Counted from the first letter of the stretch, positions 29,185 to 38,003 are shown. The stretch is 64,000 bases of DNA from Terriglobia bacterium (GCA_963666975.2 CAXVYR010000003.1:1304577-1368576), one strand, 5' to 3'. The notes: generated by a model from the letters alone, not told the origin. Made by a program: numbers and translations.

Positions 29185-30528
29185 TTGATTCAGCGAATGA
29201 CGGTGAACGCAATCTTTCTGGTCCGGCGATATATGCCGGCGCCTTACCTGCTAGCCCTGGTCCTCACTTTCGTCGCCGCAATTCTGGCAATGACCATCAC
29301 ACGAACGCCGCCGTCGGAGGTGGTGGACCACTGGTATCGCGGGCTCTGGGATATCCTGACCTTCACCATGCAGATGGTACTGGTGTTGATGTGCGGCCAT
29401 GCCTTGGTGGATGCCCCCTTGGTCAAGCGCGGCCTGGATTGGTTCAGCACTCGTCCTAAAACGGAGCGGCAGGCGGGGGTGCTCGTTTTTTTAATCGGCT
29501 GGGCGACCGCTCTGTTCAATTGGGGCTTCTGCCTGGTGGTGGTCGGCGTCATGGTGCGGGAGATTCCCCGCAGGTTGCCGGGAGTATCCAAGGGATACCT
29601 GGCAGCCGCCGGATATACCGGCTTTGCGGTGTGGGCATCGGGCCTCTCCAGTTCCATTGCCCTGGTCACGGCAACGGACGGAAGTCCGCTGAATATCGTC
29701 GATCAGATGGCCCATCAGACTTTCTCCCTGCGCGAGACCCTGTGGACCCCCTATAACATTTTTGGCGTGGCCGGCATGCTGGTCCTGATGCCGCTGCTGT
29801 TCTGGCGCATTCCTATCTCCAAATTAGAGCCGCAGACGCCGGACCTGGAGCAGCCGCCCTCTTCGGTTGAGCCGGTTGCGGCAGAAGGAGCGAAGGCGGC
29901 GGAACGTACCCCGGCTGAAAAAATCGAGCAGAGCCGCGTGGTCACATTTCTGTTAGTGCTGATGAGCATGGGATATGTCTATACACGGTTCCGCCAGGGC
30001 ACATTTCATCTGGATTTGAATATGATGATCTTTCTGCTGCTGGTGCTCGGGTGGATTCTGCACGTCACACCGATCCGTTACATGCAGGCCTTTCATGCCG
30101 GAGCCCGCGCCGCCGGTCCGCTGCTGCTGGCCTACCCTCTCTATGGAGGGATCATGGGCCTGATTCGAGATACCGGCCTAGCCGACTGGTTTGCGCAACT
30201 GTTCGTATCGTTCTCGACCGCAGAAACCCTGCCCTTTTGGTCTTATGTCAGCTCCAACATCATCACCCTGTTCGTTCCCTCCGGCGGAGGACACTGGGCA
30301 GTCCAAGGACCTGTGATGGTGAAGGCGGCCATAGAGATGGATGCCTCCTTGCCGAAGACCGCCATGGCGGTTGCCTTCGGCGAACAAACCGCCAACCTGT
30401 TGCAGCCCTTTTGGGCGCTCCCGATCGTCAGCATCGCCGCTCTGAGCGTGCGCGAGATGATGGGCTACTGTCTGGTGGCGCTGGCCGTCGCCGCTCCCTT
30501 GTTTGGAATTGCGTTACTGCTTTTCTAG
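29185..30528 (+). CDS. Short-chain fatty acid transporter (AtoE/TIGR00366 family)
   Basis: F.MQM.L.L..G, NWG, GLSSS, YGGIMG, VPSGGGHWAVQGP, NLLQPFWALP. Confidence 0.9.
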   Translation: MIQRMTVNAIFLVRRYMPAPYLLALVLTFVAAILAMTITRTPPSEVVDHWYRGLWDILTFTMQMVLVLMCGHALVDAPLVKRGLDWFSTRPKTERQAGVLVFLIGWATALFNWGFCLVVVGVMVREIPRRLPGVSKGYLAAAGYTGFAVWASGLSSSIALVTATDGSPLNIVDQMAHQTFSLRETLWTPYNIFGVAGMLVLMPLLFWRIPISKLEPQTPDLEQPPSSVEPVAAEGAKAAERTPAEKIEQSRVVTFLLVLMSMGYVYTRFRQGTFHLDLNMMIFLLLVLGWILHVTPIRYMQAFHAGARAAGPLLLAYPLYGGIMGLIRDTGLADWFAQLFVSFSTAETLPFWSYVSSNIITLFVPSGGGHWAVQGPVMVKAAIEMDASLPKTAMAVAFGEQTANLLQPFWALPIVSIAALSVREMMGYCLVALAVAAPLFGIALLLF

Positions 30529-30709
30529 TAAGACTGCCAGAAGCGAGAAAGCGGCACACGACTCTTCCGCAACTCTTCGAGGATACGCAGGCTGGAGACC
30601 GCTGATTCTGATTCAGTGAAGTTTATTTGCTGCGAGCGAACGCACGCAGTCTGCTGCACGCGGTGAAGGATAACATGACTCAGGCCTTCCAGAACGGAAT
30701 GAACCTACC

Positions 30710-30907
30710 TTACCGCCACGCGGAAGAATTCCGGGATGCATGGTTAGCGGACTCAGCAGCCACCCAGGATTTGTGAGAGCCACAATAGCCACAACGGAAT
30801 TCAAGCTGCCCGTCTTGGGCGATTTGCCAGGCTTGCTCCGCACTGAGGCCGAATTGTTTGCGCATGCCACAACTGGTACACTTTAGTTGGACTTCTTCGA
30901 TTTCCAT
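30710..30907 (-). CDS. Small zinc-ribbon hypothetical protein
   Basis: 65 aa with CTSCG...CGYCG; GAGG upstream. Confidence 0.6.
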   Translation of the reverse strand: MEIEEVQLKCTSCGMRKQFGLSAEQAWQIAQDGQLEFRCGYCGSHKSWVAAESANHASRNSSAWR

Positions 30908-31152
30908 GTTTGCTGCCTCTTTATTATTTGCCTGCTGACCGGATGCCGTTCCGTCTGCAGCCTTCCGGCCTGAACATTAAAAATCCAACACATATACCTG
31001 TACTTCATTGATGTGATCGGATACTTTTATCAGTACTTTAGATGGTGGAAAATCAAAGATGTTCACAACACCCGGCTGGCTGCCTGTATCCCTCGCAGGC
31101 TTAGCAAGAAGGTGTTATAATCCCTCAGAGTACGGTTGATGGCCGAATTGCC

Positions 31153-31401
31153 ATGTTTATTTCAATGCAAAATGCAAGGATTTGTCTTGACTGCGATACC
31201 GTATTTGAAGAAACGAACTGCCCTCGCTGCAGCAGCGAAAGCTTCCACCCCCTGAGCAGATGGATTCGGCCTGCCATAGCCGCCGAACCGGTTGCCTTGG
31301 CCAAGAAAACAAGAAATGCCTCCCTCTTGTTGCTGGCTTCCGGGATTGCGTTTGCGGCTTGGCATTTTTTCACAAAGCCTGACAACAACTCGCCGAAGTG
31401 A
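31153..31401 (+). CDS. Small zinc-ribbon protein with C-terminal TM helix
   Basis: CLDCD...CPRC.S...PLSRW followed by a hydrophobic segment. Confidence 0.7.
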   Translation: MFISMQNARICLDCDTVFEETNCPRCSSESFHPLSRWIRPAIAAEPVALAKKTRNASLLLLASGIAFAAWHFFTKPDNNSPK

Positions 31402-31510
31402 TTTTTTACGCCGCCACCCTTCGCGCCGGAACATTCAGTGGCTGGCGCAAGTTCCCATTCTCCTCCTGCGCCCATCCGGGAACTTCTGTGCTACACTGCC
31501 CCAAAATTGC

Positions 31511-33229
31511 ATGTTGCAACATCTGCACATTGAGAATTACGCTCTGATTGAGTCCCTGGACCTGGAGTTCCACCCCGGCTTCAATCTGCTGACGGGGGAA
31601 ACAGGAAGCGGCAAGTCGATTATCGTGGACGCCGTGGGGCTGCTTCTGGGCGAAAAGGCGTCGGCGGAGATGATCCGCGGCGGAGCAGACCGGGCGAGGA
31701 TCTCCGCAGTTTTTTCCTTTTCACCATCTCCCGCTTCCGGGCATGCCGAGCACCGCCTCCATCCGCTGAAGCAGCTTCTTGCCGAAGCGGGGCTGGCCAG
31801 CCAGGAAAAGGAAGACCTCATCCTGCAACGAGACCTTTTGCTCGGCGGGAAGTCCCGAGCTTTTGTGAATCATCAGCCTGCCACCGTAGCGATGCTCAAA
31901 TCTTTGGCTCCTTTTCTGACGGAGGTCCACGGCCAGAATGAGCAGCAGGAGCTATTTTCCCCGCACGTTCAACTGGAGATGCTCGACCGCTTCGGCGGCC
32001 TCGCCGCTCTGGCAGCCACTGTTCGAGAGCAGTTTAACCTTTGGAAAGACCTCCGTCGCCAGCAGGAAGGCTTGGCTAAGCAGGCGCAAGAGCGGCTGCG
32101 GCAGATGGACCTGTGGCAGTTTCAGAAACGCGAGATCGAACAAGCCGCAATCACTCCCGGCGAAGATCAGCGGTTGGAAGAGGAAAAACTGCTGCTCGCC
32201 CATGCAGCGAAGATACAGGCCAGCCTGGCCGCTTCATTTGATCTGCTTTATGACTCCTCCCACTCCGCTGTCGCCTCCACGGCGTCTGCCAGCAAGAAGC
32301 TGGAGGAGGTGCTGCCCTATGACGCCACCTTGAAACCGCTGGCCGAGGCCTTGCAGTCGGCCCAGGTCTCGCTGGAAGACGTTTCGCTGAGCTTGCGCGA
32401 CCGATTGTCCGGGATCGAGTCCAACCCTCAACGGCTGGAGGAGGTGGAAAACCGGCTTGCCTTGCTGGAACGGCTCAAGAGAAAGTACGGTCCGACGCTG
32501 GAGGAGGTGCAAGCTTACGGGGAGCAGGTGTCGGCGCAAATCCAGGAGACGGAATCGAGCGAGGCGCTCAGCCAATCCCTCGCAGCAAAGCTTGATGAGA
32601 CCGCGGCTGCTTATCAGAAGAATGCTGAGGAACTGTCCCGCAGACGGCAGAAGGCTGGCCGGGAACTGAAAGCGGATGTCGAAAAGGAATTGAAGGCGCT
32701 GGCCATGAAGGGAACGGTGTTTGAGGTCCGGTTCACAACCTCGGCCGCCGAAGCGGATTGGCGCGCCTCGGGAATCGACCGGGCCGAATTTCTGATCTCC
32801 CCCAACCCCGGAGAGCCGCTCAAGCCCCTGGCCCGGATCGCCTCCGGCGGGGAGATTTCCCGCACGATGCTGGCGCTGGAAACCGTCCTCGACGCCCGGC
32901 GGTGTTCCGGCGGCACAGACCATGCGCTTATTTTCGACGAGGTGGACGCCGGCATCGGGGGGCGCGCCGCCGAAACGGTGGGCAAAAAGCTGCGGCAGTT
33001 GGGGAAACACCGCCAAGTGCTTTGCGTAACCCATCTGCCACAGATCGCCAGCTTCGCGCATCACCACTTCCGTGTGGAAAAAAGCGAGCGCAACCGGCGG
33101 ACAACCACCCAGGTCAAATATCTCGACGGAGAGCAACGCACGGCGGAATTGGCGCGGATGCTGAGCGGCAGCCAGATTACGGATGCCGGAATGAAACATG
33201 CGGCACAGTTACTGAAGGCGAATTCGTAG
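31511..33229 (+). CDS. recN: DNA repair protein RecN
   Basis: MLQHLHIENYALI, LTGETGSGKS, HGQNEQ, SGGEISR, IFDEVDAG, CVTHLPQIA; start at ATG 31511. Confidence 0.96.
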   Translation: MLQHLHIENYALIESLDLEFHPGFNLLTGETGSGKSIIVDAVGLLLGEKASAEMIRGGADRARISAVFSFSPSPASGHAEHRLHPLKQLLAEAGLASQEKEDLILQRDLLLGGKSRAFVNHQPATVAMLKSLAPFLTEVHGQNEQQELFSPHVQLEMLDRFGGLAALAATVREQFNLWKDLRRQQEGLAKQAQERLRQMDLWQFQKREIEQAAITPGEDQRLEEEKLLLAHAAKIQASLAASFDLLYDSSHSAVASTASASKKLEEVLPYDATLKPLAEALQSAQVSLEDVSLSLRDRLSGIESNPQRLEEVENRLALLERLKRKYGPTLEEVQAYGEQVSAQIQETESSEALSQSLAAKLDETAAAYQKNAEELSRRRQKAGRELKADVEKELKALAMKGTVFEVRFTTSAAEADWRASGIDRAEFLISPNPGEPLKPLARIASGGEISRTMLALETVLDARRCSGGTDHALIFDEVDAGIGGRAAETVGKKLRQLGKHRQVLCVTHLPQIASFAHHHFRVEKSERNRRTTTQVKYLDGEQRTAELARMLSGSQITDAGMKHAAQLLKANS

Positions 33230-33345
33230 CCCGCCGCAATCTCTCTCCTGAGCGTTCGGGATCCGCTTGCTGAGAGCCTGCCCTGAGCCATGTCCTGAGC
33301 AAAGCCGAGGGAGAAGTCGAAGGGAGCTTGCCGAAGGGCGCGCGG
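33226..33345. repeat. Cluster of nested small palindromic repeats after recN
   Basis: gagcctgccctgagc[catgtcctgagcaaagccgaggg]..gtcgaaggg..gagcttgccgaaggg; reverse complement of the hairpin nested at 807-831 and 28050-28073. Confidence 0.6.
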
Positions 33346-33412
33346 CTCTGACTACACATTCATTGTGAAAGTATAATAGCATTGTGAAAGTGTATTAGAG
33401 CCGTTGCCAGCC

Positions 33413-33442
33413 TTGACAGTGGGAACCGCCTGTTCGTATAGT
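33413..33442 (+). promoter_or_regulatory. Sigma70-type promoter of the putative selenoprotein operon
   Basis: TTGACA (33413-18), 18-bp spacer containing the dyad GAAC-N5-GTTC, TATAGT (33437-42). Confidence 0.65.
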
Positions 33443-33467
33443 TAAATCGAGGATAGGCAAAACCGTC

Positions 33468-33788
33468 ATGGAATCTAATCCGAAACGCGCAGGCGTTGTG
33501 GCCATTGCAGCCGCTCTGCTGGCGCCCAGTTGATGAGTGCTTCCTCAAGTCCTGGCAGGACTTGGCTTATTGTCGCTGTTGAGCGCCAGCTGCCTGTTCT
33601 GGCTGGAACGGTTGCAGCCGGTCTTCATCACGATGGCGGTGGGCGCGCTGGCCTACGAGGGTTGGCTGGTGCATCGGCGTCCCCGGTTCCTCCGGACACG
33701 GGGAATTCTGGCCATCCTTTGGGGGAGCATCGTCATCAATATATTAGTGCTGGGAGCCTGGGTGGTGCTGTGGTTTCGTTATCGATGA
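33468..33788 (+). CDS. Putative selenoprotein: MerT/MerF-like membrane protein with tandem Sec-Sec
   Basis: MESNPKRAGVVAIAAALLAPS-TGA-TGA-VLPQVLAGLG...LERLQPVF...; the TGA pair (33531-33536) sits where MerT has (A)CC(LGP.VL..LG); 8-bp hairpin immediately downstream. Confidence 0.8.
33545..33565 (+). promoter_or_regulatory. SECIS-like hairpin
   Basis: CAAGTCCT-GGC-AGGACTTG; G-containing loop 17-20 nt after the two UGA codons. Confidence 0.65.
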
Positions 33789-33827
33789 CGGTTTCCAGGA
33801 TCGGTTTGGTCCACTGAGGAGATGCAA

Positions 33828-34304
33828 ATGAGCCACGTGAAGTCGCTTTGCCTGCTGTTCCTGCTATCGTTGCTCTCTGCGGTGGCCGCCCCGGCTCAGG
33901 TGGAGACGGTTGCGGCGCGGGCCAGCGGCATCACCTGAGCATCCTGCGCGGTGATCATGGAGATCGCCCTCAGACGCCTGGATGGCGTTGATCAAGTGAC
34001 AATCAGCATTCAACAGCAGGCCCTGTCAGTGACCCTGAAACCAGGAAGCAGGTTCGATCCCCAGGGCATCCGGGACGCCGTAGCTCGGGCCGATGTGTCG
34101 ATTCTCCGCTTCTACGTCGAGGCGCGCGGACAGGTGGAGCAAAAGGGGGACGAGCGTTACTTCGTCGCCGGCAAAGACCGCTTCCTGCTGGTCGCCTCTC
34201 GCGATGTTCCCGCCGGAGAGCCCATTTGGGTCAACGCCTTGGTTGACGACAACACCAACCCCCTCCAGATGAGAGTAAACGAACACAAACCGCTCGAGCC
34301 ATGA
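33828..34304 (+). CDS. Putative selenoprotein: secreted heavy-metal-associated (HMA/MerP-like) protein with UxxC
   Basis: RBS GAGGAG, signal peptide MSHVKSLCLLFLLSLLSAVAAPA, then GIT-TGA(33936-38)-ASC-AVIMEIALRRLDGV, matching the HMA GMTCxxC...L..L.GV motif. Confidence 0.85.
33935..33973 (+). promoter_or_regulatory. SECIS-like hairpin
   Basis: Upper stem GGTGATC-ATGGA-GATCGCC (33950-68); lower stem CTGAG/CTCAG includes the UGA. Confidence 0.65.
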
Positions 34305-34747
34305 GCGCCTCCGCACAAAGCGACAAGTCAGAATCCGCACGATATGCCGGACTGTTCCGGAGTCCTGTCCTAGACCACTTTCACCATCCGCGTAATGTCG
34401 GTGTCGCCGCCGGACACAACCAGTCCTTTCTGGAGCAAGACAACCCGTGGCAGGTCCGGTTGCGATTCACCCTGCGTGTGGAGCAAGACGGCATCGCGGA
34501 GGTAAAGTTCCAGGCGCAAAGTTGCGTCACCACCACGGCCTCGGCCAGCGCGCTGACCGTGATGGCCCAGGGAAAACGTGTGGAGGAGGCGTTGGCCATC
34601 ACTCCCGAACAGCTTTCGAGGGAGCTGGGAACGGTTCCCCCCGAAAAGATGTACTGCTGCCAACTGGCCGTGGCAACGCTTCAGAAAGCTTTGCGGTCGC
34701 CGGAACAGGCCAGTTCCGAGACGCCCGCAGAGGTGAACAAGGAGTGA
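34301..34747 (+). CDS. IscU/NifU-N-like scaffold protein, atypical
   Basis: VLDHF.HPRNVG, I.EVKF...SC....ASAS, GK.VEEA, PPEKMYCC..LAV; the first conserved Cys (NP.CGD) is replaced by NPWQV. Confidence 0.88.
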   Translation: MSASAQSDKSESARYAGLFRSPVLDHFHHPRNVGVAAGHNQSFLEQDNPWQVRLRFTLRVEQDGIAEVKFQAQSCVTTTASASALTVMAQGKRVEEALAITPEQLSRELGTVPPEKMYCCQLAVATLQKALRSPEQASSETPAEVNKE

Positions 34748-34941
34748 TTACTGCGGAACAAATCGGCGGCATGACGGTCCTCGATGCGCTGGACCTGTCA
34801 CCGGAGGTGCGGCGCTACCTGCTGCGCCGGCTTCCCGAGATATGATGCTGGCCGGGGGAAACCCTCGAAGCGGTCGCTTTGAAAAAGAAGATGGACCTGG
34901 ACGCGCTGGTCCGCATGATTCAGACCATCCTCGCTAAATAG
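34744..34941 (+). CDS. Putative selenoprotein: small DUF1858/ScdA-N-like protein with U-C
   Basis: GTG overlaps the IscU-like stop, RBS AAGGAG; MITAEQIGGMTVLDALDLSPEVRRYLLRRLPEI-TGA(34843-45)-CWPGETLEAVALKKKMDLDALVRMIQTILAK; the ETLE.A....DLD.L half of the domain lies after the TGA. Confidence 0.72.
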
Positions 34942-35482
34942 CGAAGATTTCCTTGATCGGCGCGCGAAAACCGGGGAGGACTGGCCCACCATCCAATTCC
35001 TGGTCGGCAGTGAGGACTTTTACATCCTGGAGAGAACGATAAACGGTGACTCGCTGATTGGCGGGATCAACCACCCAAACCAAAGGGACTCCGGCCGTCA
35101 GGTACTCCTCGACCTTTTTTTGGATTTCGCTGGCCGTGTCTTCCGGCGAGAGCACCTCGACAGCCAAATCGGGAGGAAACTCGGCAAACTTCTCAGGAAT
35201 GCCTTCCTTGGCGATACGGTCCTTCGAAATGAACGCCACATCGGGAGCGCGCAGCGTGTCCGGGTTCCGGCTGAGGTAGAAGCCGCCCTCCGGGCCAACG
35301 AGGCCACACCTGTTCTCCGTCACATAGTTTCCCAATAACCGATTCAAATTGGAAACAACCGCAGCATGTCGTATTCCCACAGGCGTCATCGGAATCAACT
35401 CTCCCTTGGACAACTCATAGCGGCTGCCATCGGCCACGATTTTCCAGAGGTCTTCACCGGTCAGAAGCGTTTTTGTGCGCAT
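34934..35482 (-). CDS. Uma2 (DUF820) family endonuclease
   Basis: RYEL..G.L, RAPDVAF, PDLAVEVLSP, K..EY...GV..VWVVDP, LPGF. Confidence 0.93.
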   Translation of the reverse strand: MRTKTLLTGEDLWKIVADGSRYELSKGELIPMTPVGIRHAAVVSNLNRLLGNYVTENRCGLVGPEGGFYLSRNPDTLRAPDVAFISKDRIAKEGIPEKFAEFPPDLAVEVLSPEDTASEIQKKVEEYLTAGVPLVWVVDPANQRVTVYRSLQDVKVLTADQELDGGPVLPGFRAPIKEIFAI

Positions 35483-35729
35483 GGGGAAATGATATCACAA
35501 AGGATGCAGAGCCGCGCGCGCCTGTCCCGAGCGAGGCCGAGGGAACAGCAAGCGGGTAAAAGCTTAAAGCTTAATGATGCGGGGCGAGTGGCAAGTAGCA
35601 AGAAAAGTGTCGTCAAAAATCCGCTCTTGCTCATCACTCGTCGCTCATCACTATTCACTCGGAATGCACCCGCTCCATCACTGTCGCGGCTCGGATTGGT
35701 CGGTTGCGCCTGTTGAAAGGGGTTTCGAC

Positions 35730-35812
35730 GCGGAAATTAGCAGTTCCAATTTGTCGTGGATTTGTAAATTCGGAAAAAGCCCACGGCGAAAAAGACACTT
35801 CGCCGGGGCTAC
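35730..35812. repeat. GTAG-type REPIN copy
   Basis: aattagcagttccaatttgtcgtggatttgtaaattcggaaaaagcccacggcgaaaaagacacttcgccggggctac, related to 14115-14202. Confidence 0.78.
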
Positions 35813-36288
35813 CGGCTTAAACTTATTCCTGAATTGCCCCAAGCCGAGGAAGCAGTTCCGCTGCCGGAAATCGAAGCCCACGGCGGAAAAAGAACAAGAT
35901 TGCTAACTAGTACTGGAAGTAAAAAAGCTGATGCCACTATGCCGAAAAACAGCAGATAAATATTCATGATCTGGCCCCAATTCAACGGAACTTTATCTAC
36001 TACATATTCCCCTTCGGGCAAAATCACACTCTCAGCAATGGGGACCACTGGAATAGAGCGATCATCAGGGGTTTGAGGTGGAAGAATCGTAAGTGGTTGA
36101 TCGCGGTCCGTCGAAAAGAAAGGATAGTAATCGGGGTCAACCCGCCAAACGCGGTAGGATCCCAAGGGGATGATCGGAAGGTACAACGCGACGAGCCACT
36201 TCGTAGTAATGCAAGAACCGTCCGGAAGCTCATCTCGCTTGCCGTAGAACCGTGTCCCGGCACCTCCAAAAACGATTGATATTGGCAT
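35809..36288 (-). CDS. Hypothetical membrane protein
   Basis: G.GTRFYGKRD..PDGS.ITTKW....Y.PIIPLGSYRV...PL.W.Q then a TM helix. Confidence 0.7.
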   Translation of the reverse strand: MPISIVFGGAGTRFYGKRDELPDGSCITTKWLVALYLPIIPLGSYRVWRVDPDYYPFFSTDRDQPLTILPPQTPDDRSIPVVPIAESVILPEGEYVVDKVPLNWGQIMNIYLLFFGIVASAFLLPVLVSNLVLFPPWASISGSGTASSAWGNSGISLSR

Positions 36289-36513
36289 ATACGAGTTACC
36301 GACGCAGCACCATCGGTGCTGCCCTCAAGAAACCTTGGTGACGGCGGGCAGAGCCACGGCATCCAGTGTTTTCAGGTCAAGTTTCTGCGAGGCGTGGTCA
36401 ATGTCAATCCCGACGATATTCCCGGTTGTGCCCCGTCAGGGCTTGTTGGACAGGTAGAGGGTAATAGTTAAGGTGATGTTTTTGGCTCATCGTAGAGACT
36501 GAAAGGAACGAAG

Positions 36514-37023
36514 ATGAGACAAAAACAAGACGACAGGGGGGCGGTCGAGAAGGCCGTCCGGGAGATCAAACGCAGGACGCGGCGCAGGTTCAGCCCGGAA
36601 GACAAAATCCGCATTGTATTGCAGGGACTTCGCGGCGAGGACAGCATCGCGGAGCTGTGCCGCCGCGAGGGGCTGCACCAGAACCAGTATTACCGCTGGA
36701 GCAAGGAGTTTCTGGAGGCTGGCCGCAAGCGGCTGGCGGGCGACATAGACCGTGAGGCAACCAGTGGCGAAGTCAAGACTCTGCGGGAGCAGGCCGTACA
36801 GCTCATCTCGCTTGCCGTAGATACCGTGTCCCGGCACCTCCAAAAACGAGCTGAAAGAGGCCCTGGCCGAGGCTATGCTGGAAAATCGCCTGCTAAAAAA
36901 AAGCGTGATCGGGGATGGGGAGGAACATACATGAGATACCCTGCCTCGGAGAAGCTGGAGATCATGCTGGAAAATCGCCTGCTAAAAAAAAGCGTGATCG
37001 GGGATGGGGAGGAACATACATGA
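36514..37023 (+). CDS. Transposase OrfA (HTH), corrupted by an insertion and a tandem duplication
   Basis: RRRFSPEDKIRIVL...SIAELCRREG...YYRWSKEFLEAG; extra sequence at about 36804-36852 and an 89-bp duplication. Confidence 0.75.
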   Translation: MRQKQDDRGAVEKAVREIKRRTRRRFSPEDKIRIVLQGLRGEDSIAELCRREGLHQNQYYRWSKEFLEAGRKRLAGDIDREATSGEVKTLREQAVQLISLAVDTVSRHLQKRAERGPGRGYAGKSPAKKKRDRGWGGTYMRYPASEKLEIMLENRLLKKSVIGDGEEHT

Positions 37024-38003
37024 GATACCCTGCCTCGGAGAAGCTGGAGATCATCTGCACGGTGGAGCAATCTGCCCTGGGGGTGCGCCGGACGCTGCAG
37101 CAGGTTGGCATTCCCAGATCGACGTTTTACAACTGGTACGACCGCTATGTGTCGGAAGGCTTTGATGGGCTGGAAGACAAAAAACCCGATCCTGGCCCTG
37201 TCTGGAACAAGGTGCCGGAGGAGATAACTCAGCAGTTGGTGACGTTAGCCCTGGCCGAGCCCGATCTGTCGTCACGCGAGCTGGCGGTGCGTTTTACCGA
37301 GGAAAGGCGGTATTACCTTTCTGAATCGACGGTTTACCGCGTCCTGAAAAGCCATGACCTGATTACCGCGCCAGCCTTTATTGTCCTGAAAGCGGCGGAA
37401 CGGTTCGCCAACCCGACCACGGCGGTCAACCAGCTCTGGCAGACCGACTTCACCTACCTGAAAGTCATCGGTTGGGGCTGGTTCTACCTGTCCACGGTGC
37501 TGGACGACTTCTCGCGCTATATCATCGCCTGGCGGCTGTGCAAAACCATGAGCGCAAGTGACGTCTCGGCCACGTTGCGGGATGCTTTGCAAGCCACCGG
37601 CCTCGACCGCGTGGGCGCCCGGCACAGACCTCGCCTCCTGAGCGACAACGGGCCGTGCTACGTCTCTTCCGAACTGCAATCATGGCTGGCAGAAAACAGC
37701 GTGCCGCATACTCGCGGCAAGCCCTATCACCCCATGACGCAGGGCAAGATCGAACGCTGGCACCGAACTCTGAAAGACCGCATCCTGCTCAACAACTATT
37801 ACCTGCCAGAAGAGCTGGAGCGGCAGATCGATGCCTTCGTCAACCACTACAACACCAACCGATACCATGAAAGCCTGAACAACCTGACACCGTATGACGT
37901 TTTTACAGGCCAAGGCAGTGCCATCCTGCAAAAACGGGATCGCATCAAAGAGAAAACTATGATCTTAAGAAAACGGTTGCACTTCAAAAGAAGGGCAGCC
38001 TAA
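37020..38003 (+). CDS. Transposase OrfB (rve/DDE)
   Basis: WQTDFT, LDDFSR, LLSDNG, PMTQGKIERWH, YN..RYHESL. Confidence 0.9.
   Translation: MRYPASEKLEIICTVEQSALGVRRTLQQVGIPRSTFYNWYDRYVSEGFDGLEDKKPDPGPVWNKVPEEITQQLVTLALAEPDLSSRELAVRFTEERRYYLSESTVYRVLKSHDLITAPAFIVLKAAERFANPTTAVNQLWQTDFTYLKVIGWGWFYLSTVLDDFSRYIIAWRLCKTMSASDVSATLRDALQATGLDRVGARHRPRLLSDNGPCYVSSELQSWLAENSVPHTRGKPYHPMTQGKIERWHRTLKDRILLNNYYLPEELERQIDAFVNHYNTNRYHESLNNLTPYDVFTGQGSAILQKRDRIKEKTMILRKRLHFKRRAA

Noticed and set aside
31292-31510. N-terminal extension of recN
   Set aside because: The canonical RecN start ML..L.I.N is at 31511.
33423-33435. LexA box at GAAC-N5-GTTC
   Set aside because: Spacing does not fit GAAC-N4-GTTC, and it lies downstream rather than upstream of recN.
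33530-33817. Track ORFs 33530-33817, 33537-33788 and 33951-34304 as complete genes
   Set aside because: The first is an off-frame overlap; the other two are the post-TGA parts of longer read-through genes.
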